Assembly (NCBI RefSeq): GCF_009914755.1
Contig: NC_060930.1
Strand: one strand, 5' to 3'
DNA: 64,000 nucleotides
Source: the human T2T-CHM13v2.0 reference genome, Homo sapiens
Positions 26,551 through 41,708 of the stretch are shown here, one piece after another. The translations under genes were made by a program, and so were the position numbers. Positions within the stretch are counted from its first letter, which is position 1, and every line of letters begins with the position of its first letter. A model generated the notes under the pieces. That model was not told the DNA's origin. It made no database searches and saw nothing but the letters and a program-made list of their open reading frames with translations.

Positions 26551-28679
26551 CCAGGTAGTATTTTTACACTTGTATTGTCCAAGTTTTAGCATGAAGTGTT
26601 GCTTTTTCTCTGGTGGTCTGGAAGAGTTCACCCTGCCTGTTAGTGTGAATTTTACCTGCTAGAAGTGTGTCTCCAACAGACATCATCCTGAGAATGTCAG
26701 TGGGGGACTCAAAAACGAGGGGGCATCTCCTTGCCAATGGGGCATCTCATAGTCGTCAATGCCACTAGCGGTTAACAGGAGTACCTCTGGATGTGCATGC
26801 TGTTTTAGGTAGGCCTTTTCGGGTTTTGAAAACTCACAAAGCAAGTGAGGGGACTGGAAATTGAATTTATTCTTAGATCCTTGTCTCAGAAATGTAAGCA
26901 CAGGGCAAGAAAGTCAGCACAGTGCCCTGGAGTCCTATCTGATCTCCGGGTTTTGGGGGCACCTTCCAGAAGGTACAGGTGCCACAAATACCCCTGCAAG
27001 ACTCAGTGGAAAAACTCTCACCACTATTCTTATGCCCAAGGGGCCACGCTGTGAGTGTCTGCATCTCCTCAACCACACAGGTCTTCTCATTGCATGCCTA
27101 GATAAGGCAGTTACATTGAAACTATTGCATCACCTTGCTGCAGTCATGTATGATTAACTAGATATGCTGGAAAGAGAGAGGAAGGAGGCTGGTTACCGAG
27201 TTTAAGGAGTGTCATTTATGGTAAAACACATTTTTCCTATAATAAAATCAATCATAGGTGGTGGCAATTGCTACAACATGCTTTAGTATTGGTTTGATTT
27301 CTCCATTTCTAGATAGTGTTTCCCATTAGGTTGTTTTTTTTTTTTTTTTTTTAATCAGCCTCAAAGAAACCTTAAAATAAAGTTGTGACTGAGGGCGGGT
27401 GAAGGGGACATGGAGTATGATAGTCACTTTTGTTCCAGTGTTAATTTTCAAAAACTCCGGATGTCTAATATTGAAAGCCAGTCCAGAGCGCTCAGTGTTA
27501 AAGAACTCGCTCCCTACCCGCCCCCCCGCCACCCCAACTGCGGGGCTGAATCACACGAGGAAGGAAAGTCTGGCTCACTGCTTTATTAATTCACTACTGT
27601 GATTTCTTTCTCTGTTACTAAAGGGGACTGGGCGGGGGGTGGTAAATTGAGTGGGCAGCCAGGAAATGTGATATTTTTCTTGGTTCCTTGTGATTGGAGG
27701 AAATTCTGTCTTCTCCTTTTGGTTCAAAAGTTTTAGCAACATAACCTTTGGTTTTGTTTTGTTTTTCTGTGAAGTAATTTGACTTTTCAGTGGAAGCTAC
27801 CCCAAGCCCACCTCTCTGGGGTTGTAAAACCCGCTCGCTTTGATACAATTTCATTAAATGAAGTCATCCAGATGGTGAGCCCATATAAAACCCTGACCTT
27901 CAAAGGTCTCTGCCTGTCTCTAGGTCCTTGGGTAATTTGAAGTGTCACTTCTTGGCCATGTCTGCTCAGACCTGTCACCTTAAATCTCCTCTTTGAACTT
28001 TATCTTACTTTTCTCCTTAATCTTCTTTTGATGGGAGGTGAACATTAATAGGAATGATCTTCAATGCCGGTTCTCTGAAGACCCGTAGTAATTGTTAGTA
28101 ATCAAGCCTGATGTGATGGACAAAATACACATTATGTGTAAATGTCCCATGCAAAATGTGAGAAAGTTTAGATGATGTACAGCAGTTATTTTTAGTCCTT
28201 CGAATAAAACATACTCCTCACATACATACTCCTCACATTCGAGAGCAATATTATAAATAATGCAGCATTCATTTAATATAACCTCAGTATGTTTCATTTC
28301 AAAAGACCAACTGTAATTTCTATTTCTGTTTATTTTTAAAGAACTCTTCACTACTGTAATATTATATTTTAATAATAATAACAATGACCTATATATATTA
28401 CATACTTAATATATGACAGTCCATAAGCTAGGGTTTATAAAAATATATATGATCAAATTTCATCCTAACAATACATTATGTGTTAAGTATTATCCCCATT
28501 TGACAAACAAGAAAACTGGGTCTCAGAAATGTGCACAGTCATGTTTAAAAATCCTAACTCTCTATCTCAAAAACCCATCCTATGGTGTCTCTAAGAGAAA
28601 TGTGTAGACTGCTCAAACTGGTTCTAATAAAGTTTTCCCTCATTTTGAATGTTTCTGTTCAGTAACGAAAAACTGTAAA

Positions 28680-30900
28680 TAAATAATACAAAAAGCATAT
28701 TTATAACCTAAGTATAAGGCCTAAGAATAATAATAAAATGGATACTTGCATACCCACCACTGAGCTTAAGAAATCAGACATTAGCAACACCTTTGAAGCC
28801 TTGTGTACCTTTCTCCCAATCTATTCATCTTCCCCAATCCAGAGACATGGTTTAGTGCATGTGAGTGAGCCACCTCCCCAGTTAGAAAGTAGGCTTCTTG
28901 AGAAAAAAACTGGGTTTATTATTTCTTCATTTTTCTTTTTAGTTTTACCACATAGGCATTTATCCCTAAACACTGTACTATTTGATTTTGCTTGGCTTTG
29001 AACTTTATATAATTATTCTTTTGTAACTTGCTCTTTTAATTCAGTACCACCTACGTTGATGACTATAGTGTATAGTTCTTAATCTTCACTGCTATACAGT
29101 AGTCAACTGTATGACTATACCACACTTATTTACCTATTATCTCATTTGCCTGGATCTGTGTCGCTTCAGGTTTTTGCTGTTACAAATCAAATAGATATTC
29201 TTGTCCAAGTCTCCTGGTACACACATGCTAAAATTTCTTTTGGGTATATATCCAGGAATAAAATGCAGATTGAAGGGTGTGTGAAGTTCAGTCTTACATA
29301 ACCGTGTCAATTACTTTTTTTATATTTTGAAAAAAAATTTTCCCATCGTTTTTCTACTGTTCTGTTTGCTGCTCATTTTCTTACTAATTTGTGGGCTGCC
29401 TTTATATATTTTTATTACTCTTTTTGTTGGCATACATGTTGCAAATATCTTCTCCAAATTTTCAGCTGACTTCTCAGAGAAAGTCTTAAGTTTAAACATT
29501 GTCAAATTTTAATTTTTTTCCTTTATGAGTAAAAACCTTATTTAAGAAATCTTTTTATTTCCAGAGGTGTTATTCATCTGAAATGTTTTGTTTTGGTTTA
29601 CATATTTAAATGTTTAATGTCTCTGAAATTGATTTAGGGATATGGTAAGAATAGGCAGGAATCTGATTTTATTTTTTCCATGAATTCAGGGGAGCCACAG
29701 TCTGAAACCAGACCACGTGGGCTCTATAGTTAAAATATTACAATCTTCTCCATAACATTCTTGCTCCTCTCTTGAAAAAGGTTTTTCTATGTATCTTATG
29801 TTTTTAACTGCTTTTGTGACTATTGTCTTTTTTTTTTCAATTTGGTTTCCTTTTCTAACTTGTTTGCTTTTGTGACTGCTGCCTTTAAAAAATATATTTT
29901 TTGGTTTCTTTTTCTTTCCTTTTTTTTTTTAAAGAGATAGGGTCTCGCCATATTGATCAGGTCAAACCTCTGAACTCAAGCCATCCTTCTGCCTCAGCCT
30001 CCCAAGTAGCTGAGATTATAGGCTGGTTTCTTTTTTTAACTTGTTTGCTGTTATATAAAAATGCAATTGACTTTTATATAAATATTTGTGTTTTAATATC
30101 TATGGATTCTTTTGGGTTCTTCATAAACACAATTATATCATCTGATGGGTGACTGTCAAGATGTGTGTGTGTGTGTGTGTGTGTGTGTTGAAAGATACAT
30201 TAAAGACCCAAACAGTGTTCATTATTGTTATTTTACCACTTAAAAATCAATTTTATTTTATATATTTATTTCATTTCTCTGTCAATATATATAAATTTTG
30301 ATCTGTTTTCTCATTTAAGTAATATTTATTTGTTCAGAAAACTTAGAGAATAGACATAAGAAAATCAAAATGCCCATAATCCCATCACACAATTAATTAG
30401 AATTCAATAACATAGTTTTAAATTACTTACCATGTGATCTAAATGCACTACTTATTTCCTATTTTCAAAGATTTTGCTTTCTGGTGAATAACTACTGTAA
30501 ATGTTTTGATATTATACTCATTTAGGCTTTTTAAAATAATAAATACATATTTTTAACACAAACAGGTCATATTGTACATGCAGTTATGCAACCTAATATT
30601 TTTCACAAACGATATATGTAACCATTTCTTTGACATTACTGAAAATTCTTCTGCCACATTATTTTTGATGAATGCATTGTATATTTCATTGTATGTATTA
30701 TAATTAATTAGTTTTATTGCATATGTGCTGCATTCAATATTTTGCTATTATAAATAGTTATGACTTTCTATCATCCTATGATGATTCCCTCAGAATAAGT
30801 TTCTGGAATTAGAATGCAAAATTTTACATTTTTTAAATAGCATTGCCAAATTATCTTCCAGAGATTTTGTTCCAATATATACTCCCACCAAGTGTGTATC
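28680..30900 (-). mobile_element. Old L1ME fragments, interrupted by an Alu fragment (~29919-30025) and (TG)n
   Basis: L1M-like 3' and ORF2 motifs (ttggcatacatgttgcaaatatcttctccaa; aaaaatgcaattgacttttatata; cattgccaaattatcttccagag). Confidence 0.55.
30162..30188. repeat. (TG)13 microsatellite
   Basis: Seen directly. Confidence 0.95.
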
Positions 30901-30920
30901 TGATCCATTCTGTAATCATT

Positions 30921-30937
30921 TTCTCTCTTTCTCTCTG

Positions 30938-30990
<53 letters not shown>
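30921..30990. repeat. Compound (TC)n(CA)18 microsatellite
   Basis: Seen directly. Confidence 0.95.
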
Positions 30991-30993
<3 letters not shown>

Positions 30994-31289
30994 CAGCACT
31001 CTAAACTTGAATCATTAAATGGAACCAAAAACTTCCTAAAAGTTTCACTAAAACTACCTAGGAAAACTTTGCAAAATTACCCACCCTAGAAATTGCAGTG
31101 CTAGCTCCTACTGAGTTTGTTTTGTTTTGTTTTTTTAAGTTTATTTATTTTCTGGGTACTTCTCAACAAGATGACTAGTGCATAATGCTTTATTTTCCTT
31201 TCTTTATAGGGTGGAGATAAGCTATTTCTTTTAATTTTACTATGTCTGATAGAATTCCTTCATGTATGTATTGCTTTGTTTCTAAATAT

Positions 31290-31500
31290 AAGCATGACAG
31301 GCTCAGAGCTGTCCGTGGTCACGTAGGGGTTTTTGGAAATAATTTTAGCTTCGGGCATACCCCTGAACGTGGGCAGCGCCTACACATTGTCATCTCAGCC
31401 CCCTCTTACCCTTTTGGGAAGTCCTGATACCCTCATGAGGAGGTTTTTTTTCTGCTTCATTCTCAAATCAACGTGGGGTTTCCTTATACCCTTGGCCCAA
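31290..31500. promoter_or_regulatory. Probable TNFAIP3 downstream 'TT>A' NF-kB enhancer
   Basis: Unique, CpG-retaining island with kB-like motifs GGGGTTTTT (31326), GGGCATACCC (31353), GGGAAGTCC (31416) and TGGGGTTTCC (31474). Distance (~25.6 kb past the gene end) agrees with the recalled position of the SLE TT>A enhancer. Confidence 0.65.
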
Positions 31501-32739
31501 CTTTAACTTACACAATTGTAACAGGCAGCATTATATTGAGAATGCATGTTGTAGAATATTGGTTCTCACCTCTGGCCACAAATTTATTCACTTAGGGAAT
31601 TTAAAAAAAAATCCATGTCTGAGCCTTGTCCCTGAGATTCAGATTTAATTTGCCTAAGACATCACCTCTGATCGTGGATGGGTGTCTTAATGTGGATTCC
31701 ATGGTCTACCACTCTAGATGATCACAATGAGCTCTCCAAAGAAAAATGAGGCTGGATAAAGACAGGAACTGAGCACAAGAGAGGAGACCCATGAAGCAGG
31801 AGTAAAAGAAAATCTCTCTCCTTTTGTGGTTTTAAAGTAGAAGAAGGTTAAATCGTGTCAGTTTATGAAAAGTAGAGGATGTGAGAATTTCATCATTTTA
31901 TCACCATCTTTGGTATCTCCAATTCTGCTCAGTAATCTGCTTAACAAATCATGAGTATTTTCAATAGAAGGTATAAGTTCATGGTTTATTACCTGTCCTT
32001 TCCCTTTAAAGAAAAGAGGGAAGGAGTAGAGGGGGAGAGGAGAGGGAGGGACAACACAACAAAATGAAAAGGACAAAAAGGAGGGAAAGGAGAGAAAGTG
32101 TGAGAGAAGCCAGGCAAGGGAACAGGCAGGCACACGAGGAGGAAGAGCAGTGCCATGGCAGAGAGGAGCCCTGTGAGGGGCAGGTAGGGATGCCAGTTAG
32201 GCACTTGTTGAGTGAGAAATTGATGGGATAGAAAGAGGTCAAAACAGAGGAAGGCAGACAGAAGAGGAAGAAGAGGCACACGGAACACCAATATCCGGGG
32301 CTCACCTCCAGCAGAAAAATGAAGCAAAATGTAGGAAATCAAGAATACAGCCTTCCCATTTGCTCAGATGCTCCTACTCTGACAGTGCAAGTGGATCTCG
32401 AAAGATCGGGTAATTCAATCCCAACTCTCAACAAGACGGCAACTACTGAAGACATCATAGGCAGACATGCTATAACTCTCCTCAGTGATCTATTTATCTA
32501 CAATTCAGTTCCTTCCTCAATTCTTTTCTTCTTCAATAAAAGCTGTGCATACATAAATAGAAAATAAGCATCAGTTATTTATCTGCTTTTATAAAACATT
32601 CACGTATATTTTATGTATCTGTTGTAGAACATCCATCTACCTTAACTGAAATGGTGAAGGGGAAGGTGTATGATTAGGGCCAGGGTTGAGATCAGAAAAT
32701 CCTGCTTCTACCAGTTGGCATTTTTCTTAATCCTTCTAT

Positions 32740-33100
32740 ATGAATTAAGAATGCTTTTATTGGCATATACAGAAAAATTCATGTTTTCAGTGGTAATGTT
32801 CACAAGAAGTCTGGAGGTAGTCCCTTCCAGGGTCCTTTAGAGGGCTGCTAACCTCTAAGTGTTGTTTTTTGTCCTTGTGATTTTGCCTCATGGTTGTAAG
32901 ATTTTGTCCTCAATTCAGCATCTCAAGCTGGAATCAAGGGCAAGGGAAAGGTTCTGTCCTTTTAATCAGAAAGCAAAATAACTTTCCCAAATGTCCTCCT
33001 GCAAATCTACTTAATGCCTCATTTAGCAGAAATGGGCGAAATGGCCATCCTCAGCTCCAGGGGAGGGTGGGAAAGAGATTGCATGACTGTTCTGCTTGCC
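32740..33100 (-). mobile_element. MLT1 (MaLR) LTR fragment
   Basis: caagaagtctggaggtag...gcctcatggttgtaagat...ggccatcctcagctccaggggagggtgggaaa. Confidence 0.55.
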
Positions 33101-33590
33101 TCCTGGGAGGAGGGAAAGGAGGAAGGGACTGAGGATGGCTTGGGGGAAGCCAAACCACAGTGACTTGCAAACTCTTGTCCCAGTTTTGGCTGAGGTCCCT
33201 TTCTGTGCTCTTCTGTGCTCCTCTTCCCTTTATGACTTCAAGCACAATTTCCAAAGTATAATCCATTTATAGAAACACAAACCCAGGGAATTTCTACCTT
33301 CTAAAATAAGGCCAACACATTCATACATATTTATATTATTTTTTCTTACAATATCATACTATGTTTTTCCAGAGGTATTACTTAGCTTACAGGGTTTCTA
33401 GGTTCCTTGTTTCTGCCTTAGCATCTACCACTTTAAAACTTCTAGTTTCAAGTATAATGTAGCCGTAGCTGTTGTTGCGGCACCTATAAATGAATCGTTT
33501 GGGGATTATTCATTGCTTTCACCAGTTGAACTATGTAGCTACAAATTCTATAACTTTTTCAAAGTCTCCCCCCAACCCAATCATCTTATT

Positions 33591-33886
33591 CTTTTGTTTT
33601 GTTAGAGACAAAGTCTTGCTCTGTCACCCAGGCTGGAGTACAGTAGATATATAATCACTCACTACAGCCTCAAACTTCTGGGCTCAGGGGATCCTCCTGT
33701 CTCACACTCAAGTAGCTGGGACTACAGGCATGCGTCACCACACCCAGCTAATTTTTACTTATGTATTTTGTAGACAGGATCTCACTATGTTGCCTAGGCT
33801 GGTCTTGAACTGCTGGCCTTAAGCAATCCTCCCATCTCAGCCTCCGAAAGTGCTAGGATTACAAATGTGAGCTATCACACCCGGCC
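33591..33886 (-). mobile_element. AluJ
   Basis: cactcactacagcctcaaacttctgggctcaggggatcctcc and ctatgttgcctaggctgg are AluJ diagnostics. Confidence 0.92.
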
Positions 33887-35283
33887 AATCGTCCTTTTAG
33901 CAACAGGATATTTTCTATTCCCATTTTATTTTCCTATAAGTAAACAAAGGCTTAGTTGTTTTCATTCTTAAAAAGTGCTCTTTACCGGCACTCAATGCTT
34001 ATTGCCCACTCACAAGTCTCCCATGACCTTCATGGGGGGCTGTGAGCCCCTCACTGTGTTCCCCTGATCTCCTACCTCCATTGTTCAGACACTTCTGTTA
34101 GAGACTCCACTGTGAACCCCACAGTGCAAGCATGCCGCATTCACCTCTTAATCCCCAATGCCCAGCACAGCCTCCACATTAGAGGGCGACCTCTGTGTAG
34201 GCACTGGACAATGCTGATTGAACCGAAATGAAGTTAAAGGATGTGAAATGCCCCGTCTGGCCATACAACTTTCAGCTGGCTGCAGCTGAAACACTCAGAC
34301 CAGGTGCCATCTGCAGTGCGAGTCCCCCTCTACGCTTCAGACAGCCACAGTCTGTCACCAGGCTGTTCTTCAGAAAAAAAACCCTTCTCCCTTCAAGCCA
34401 AGCAGAAAAACAAGCAGATTTAGGAAATGAATGAAAGTGAAGATTGATGGCTAAAGCTTCGTTCCTTTTTGGCATCTTCACAATTCGTTCGTGCTGGGGA
34501 AACACCTTCATGCTACAAAGCAGGTCCATTGGCAGAAGGACAGTCAGGGAATGTGTTAGGGAAACAACAGAATCCCGGGGCCAAATTATCTCCATCCTGC
34601 CCCTTGAGCTCTTCTTCTCTGGTGGCCATGCTTTTCATTTTAATTCATTTCCTGTTTAGGGATTCTTCCTGGGCAGGCCCTGAGGGTGTACTGATGAATT
34701 TATCCGACAGGCACGATTGCTTCCTTTTTTGTCTGTCTACTATATCCTCCATCATGTTTAACTCTCTTAATTAAGCTCTTTGAAATCAAGTTGAACTACA
34801 TCCAAAAGCAGTCTTGCATTTATCAATATAATTGAAAATTTTACCTCTTGCTAAAAGACTTGATTAATCCCATCCAAGTTTATGATCACCCCTCTGTGCA
34901 TCTCTTTAGCATTTATATTCCCAATGCCCCCTTCAACTTGTCAGCGTGAGTGAGTGATCTCCCCAGTTAAAAGGTAGGCTTCCTGAGAAAAGGAATGTAT
35001 TGTGTTCTGTACTTACAAAAAATCATTCTGCTTCACAGTATTGTGCCCCCACTAACGTGCTCACACTTACACTGATATATCCAAGCAGTTGTCTTGCACT
35101 GGATTTTAAATGCCTCTGGCATAGACCAATCTTGACCTAGAAAGACATTCTTGGTTCAGTATAAGGTCACTTGTAGTCTTAGTGCTGAACTCATATAATG
35201 GTCCGCATGCTGTTAGTACTAACAACCTGTGAGAACATAAAAAGATATGTGTATACATCAGGTCAGATGATGAAATACCTTAG

Positions 35284-37260
35284 TTTTTTGTTTTTAAATT
35301 TTAGATTAAGCTGGTACATGTGCAGGTTTGTTACATGGATATATTGTGTGATGCTGAGATTTGGGCTTTTAATGACCCTGTCACCCAAGTAGCCAAAATA
35401 GTATGCAATGGGTAATTTTTAAACCCTTGCCACCTTCCAATCTCCCTGCTTTTGGAGTCTCCAGTGTCTGTTGTTCCCATCTTTGCGCCCATGTGTACCC
35501 AATGTTTAACTCTCACTTATAAGTGAGAACATGTGGTATTTGATTTTGTGTTTCTGCATTAATTCGCCTAGGATAATGGCCTCTAGCTGCATCCATGTTG
35601 CTGCAAAGGACATGATTTCATTCTTTTGTTGTGGCTATGTAGTATTCCATGACGTATATGTACCACATTTTCTTCATCCAGTCCACTTTTGATAAACATA
35701 TGTGTTAATTCCATGTCTTTGATGTTGTGAATAGTGCTGTGATAAACATACAAGTGCAGTTGTCTCTTTGGTAGAACAATTTATTTTCCTTTGGGTATAT
35801 AGCTAGTAATGGGATTGTTGGGTCAAATGGTAATTCTATTTTTGGTTCTTTGAGAAATCTCCAAACTGCCTTCCATGAGGGCTGAACTAATTTGCCTTCC
35901 AAACAACGTTGCATAAGCATTCCTTTATCTCTGCAACCTCACCAACATCTGTTATTTTTTGACTTCTTAATAATAGCCGTTCTCACTGGTATGAGATGGC
36001 ATCTCATGTGATTTTGATTTGCATCTTTCTAATTATAAGTGATGTTGAGCATTTTTTCATGTTTCTTGGTCGCTTGTATTTCTTCATTTGAGAAGTGTCT
36101 GTTCATGTCTTTTGCCCACTTTTTAATGGGGTTATTTGTTTTTTTCTTGTTGATTTATTTGTGTTCCTTAGATTCTGGATATTAGCTCTTTATTGGATGC
36201 ATAGTGTGCAAATATTTTATCTCATTCTGTAGATTGTTTACTCTGTTCATAGTTTCTTTTGCTGTGCAGAAATTCTTTAGTTTAATTAAGTCCCATTTGT
36301 CTATTTTTTTATTGTGTTGTACTGGGGTCTTCATCATAAATCCTTTGCCTAGGCCAATGTCTGGAAGAGTATTACCTAAGTTTTCTTCTAGGATTTTTAT
36401 AGTGTGAGGTCTCACATTTAAGTCTTTAATCCATCTTGAGTTAATTTCTGTATATAGTGTGAGGTAGGGGTCCATTTTCATTCTTCTGCATATGGTTAGC
36501 CAATTGTCCAAGCACCATTTATTGGATTGGGTATTCTTTAGCTGTGCAGCTTTATTTCAAGAGTCTCTGTTCTATTCCATTGGTCTATAGGTCTATTTTT
36601 GTACCAGTACCATGCTGTTTTGGTTACTGTGGCCTTGTAGTATAGTTTAAAGTTGGGTAATCTGATGCCTCCAGCTTTGTTCTTTTTGCTTAGGATTACC
36701 CTGGCTTTTCAGGCTCTTTTTTGGTTACATATGAATTTAGGAATAGGTTTTTCTGATTCTGTGAAAAATGATGTTGGTAATTTGATGGAAATAACATTGA
36801 ATATGTAGATTACTTTATCTTAACAATATTGAATCTTACAAACCATGAGCATGGAATGCTTTTTTATTTGTTTGTGTCATCTATGATTTCTTTCAGCAGT
36901 GATGGAATCTTTCAGCAGTTCTCCTCATAGAGATGTTTCACCTCCTTGGTTAGATGTATTCGTAGCTCTGTGTGTGTGTGTGTGTGTGTGTGTATTTTAA
37001 ATGGGACTGCATTCTTGATTTGATTCTCAGTTTGAACATTATTGTCATATAGAAATGCTACTGATTTTTGTATGTTGATTTTGTATCCTGAGACTTTGCT
37101 GAAGTCATTTATCACGTCTAAAAGTCCTTTGGCAGAATCTTTAGGGTTTTCAAGGTATTGAATCATATTGTCAGTGAAGAGAGATAATTTAACTTCCTCT
37201 TTTTTATCTGGATGTCTTTTCTTTTCTTTCTCTTCTCTGATTACTCTGGGTAGGACTTCC
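35284..37260 (-). mobile_element. 5'-truncated L1PA15/16-like element (~2 kb), with (TG)n at ~36969-36992
   Basis: 3' end ggtacatgtgcaggtttgttacatggatatattgtgtgatgctgag. ORF2 fragments at 36182-36511 and 36912-37166 ([14 protein letters not shown]). Confidence 0.92.
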
Positions 37261-37732
37261 GAAATTCATCTGAATGTGTACTCTACTGGGTATTGAAGAT
37301 GACCACAGAGAAAAGGAAATTTGAGATTTAATGTAACAATTGGATCCTTTTTCCCTTAGTATATATTCCTCTTCTTTGTTTTTGATGTGTTCCCTGGCAC
37401 TAATGTGGTGCTTATGAATTCATTGAACTGAGTGACTTCTAAGTGACGATGCCAGGATTTGAGACAGCCAATGGAGGGCCTCTTTCTCTAAAGTAGCAGT
37501 TCCCATTTCACCAATCTATCTTCTTTACTGAGGTTCTGTGGGCAGTTCCAGTGGTTCTCTAAGTAAATATATATAGTCTGAGAAAACTGTACTTAATGAT
37601 TAGAGAAGCCAGAATTGGAGGGGAAGTTTAAGCAGTCATTGTGCTGGGGGTCCCTTTATACACAGTAACAGGTTGGGCAAGAGATAGGATGAAAGAAAAG
37701 GACTCTTTTATGATAAGAGGTTCCCAAGGCAA

Positions 37733-38035
37733 TTTTTTTTTTTTTTTTTTTTGAGACAGAGTCTCACTCTGTCACACAGGCTGGAGTGCAGTGGCATGAT
37801 CTCGCCTCACTACAACCTCCGCTTCCAAGGTTCAGGGGATTCTCATGCCTCAGCCTCCTGTGTAGCTGGGATTGCAGGCATGTGCCATCATGTCTGGCCA
37901 ATTTTCGTGTCTTTTAGTAGACACAGGGTTTCACCACGTTGGCCAGGCTGGTCTCGAACTCCTGGCCTCAAGTGATCCACACACCTCAGCCTCCCAAAGT
38001 GATTGGATTACAGGCACAAGCCATCATGCCCAGTC
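37733..38035 (-). mobile_element. AluS
   Basis: Full Alu with T-tail. Confidence 0.93.
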
Positions 38036-38171
38036 ACAGATATTTTTAAGTGGATATATTCAATACCTTTTTTCAGCCCCCTAGTTTCTTGCCAGCCTCT
38101 ATTACAGAGTCTAGAACACCTAAAAGCAGCCGTGTAACACAATGATATGTAAAGGAAAGTTTGTGAGAGGG

Positions 38172-38544
38172 TGTATTAGTCCATTTTCACACTGCTAACA
38201 AAGTCATACCTGAGACTGGGTAATTTATAAAGGAAAGAGGTTTAATTGACTCACAGTTCAGCATGGCCGGAGGGGCCTCAGGAAACTTATAATCACGGTG
38301 GAAGGGGAGCAAACATGTCCTTCTTCACATGGTGGCAGAAAGGAGGAGTGCTGAGCAAAAGGGGGAAAAATCCCTTATAAAATCATCAAATCTTGTGAGA
38401 ATTCACTCACTATCACAAGAACAGCATGAGGGTAATTGCCCCATGATTCAATCACCTCCCACTGGGTCCTTCCCACGACGTGTGGGGATTATGGGAACTA
38501 CAATTCAAGATGAGATTTGGGTGGAGACACAGCCAACCGTATCA
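38172..38544 (-). mobile_element. THE1 (THE1D-like) solo LTR nested in an MLT1-like LTR (~38050-38800)
   Basis: TG...CA termini (tgtattagtcc...gtatca). 5-bp TSD GAGGG at 38167-38171 and 38545-38549. Confidence 0.93.
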
Positions 38545-39280
38545 GAGGGTCTCTGTCTCTTTCCAGATAAAATAAATAGAAGGAGGCAGGTGCCACTCTC
38601 TTCCCCTTCTTTCTGTGTAGAGTATAGCTGTGATGAATGGACCAACCATTTTTTTCCATCATGAACCAACAAGCATGAGGACAGAAGGGTAGCCCACTAA
38701 GAATTATAGAACTAAACGTGAGAGAGAGCAAGTGTCTCTGATGATGTTGCTGGACTGGATTCCCTACCTCCAGGTACTTGTTAGGTAACATACTTTAATG
38801 CATCTTTGTTATTGAAACAGCATCTCATTCACAACATTTTGAGGGTCCACACTAGTGTTTGTGGTCTCTTCTTGAATTACTTAACTGCATACATTGTAGC
38901 TTATTGGATAAATCAAGCCCTGTATTTCTGTTATACAGTGTGGGTCTCAATATTCTAGTATCCCTTAAAATAGCTATTTAATTTCAAAATAAATTTTGCC
39001 CAGAAATGGATATGGATTTTTAGAGTGAAAGATTAGACTTTACAAATCCATTCTAAAAAGCATCTTTGTTTTCATTTGAAAGAGTGCATAGTGTTGTAGA
39101 AAAATTATGGTTTTGGGAGTCAGACTCAAGACACACCTAATTTCAATCTCACTTCTGTCACTTAGTACATAATTAAATCAGGTATGATATTTAATCCTCT
39201 AAGCCTCTACTTCCTCAAGTTTCAAATGATGAAAGTACCAATCTTGAAAACAAGTATGAGGATTAAAAATAATGTACATC

Positions 39281-40975
<1,695 letters not shown>

Positions 40976-41111
40976 TGTTAATGTGCATGAAGCATCTGGT
41001 ACACAAGTAACCCTCAATGAATAATAGCTGTAATTATTTAATCTCTGTCTTCCCAGGGAGTGTGTCCATCATACAGTAACTTCTGTAGTCAGCTAAGGGG
41101 GCCCATTATGT

Positions 41112-41346
41112 CAGGGTTTCTCATTCTTGGCATTATTGACATTTTGGGCCAGATATTTTTTGGTTGGGGGAGTTGTCCTGAGCATTGTAGGATGTTTAGC
41201 AATATCTCTGATTTCTCCAGACTAGAAAATGCCCACTCCCCATCCCCACCCACTCCCATCTCCATTCTGTGACAACCAAAAAAGTCTCCAGACATTGTAA
41301 AATGCACCTAGGGGGAGCAAAACCACCCCCACCATGAGAATTACTG
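41112..41346. mobile_element. MER20 hAT MITE, full length
   Basis: CAG...CTG termini. Perfect 8-bp TSD CATTATGT at 41104-41111 and 41347-41354. Confidence 0.88.
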
Positions 41347-41589
41347 CATTATGTGCTTTTGAAGAAAAGCAAAAGGGCCCCAAAGATCTTAAAATATGTA
41401 CCTCTGTCACATTAGACCAGAGTTTCTAAACTCAAAATGGGAAATGTATGCCACTAGAAATAAGTTATGTCTGCTGGGATTCTTCATTATGTGATTTTGG
41501 CCTTGGGCCTTGAGACCAAAATAGGCTGGGCATATATCCTGGTTTGGCATTATTTGAAAGCCAGAAATCCGATCAATCGCTGCTTTTCT

Positions 41590-41653
41590 GTCCTTTTCTT
41601 TTCTTCATTTTCTTTTATTTTCTTTCTTTCTTCCTTTTTCTTTTTCTCTTTCT

Positions 41654-41708
<55 letters not shown>
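41590..41708. repeat. (CTTT)n / pyrimidine-rich simple repeat
   Basis: Seen directly. Confidence 0.95.
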
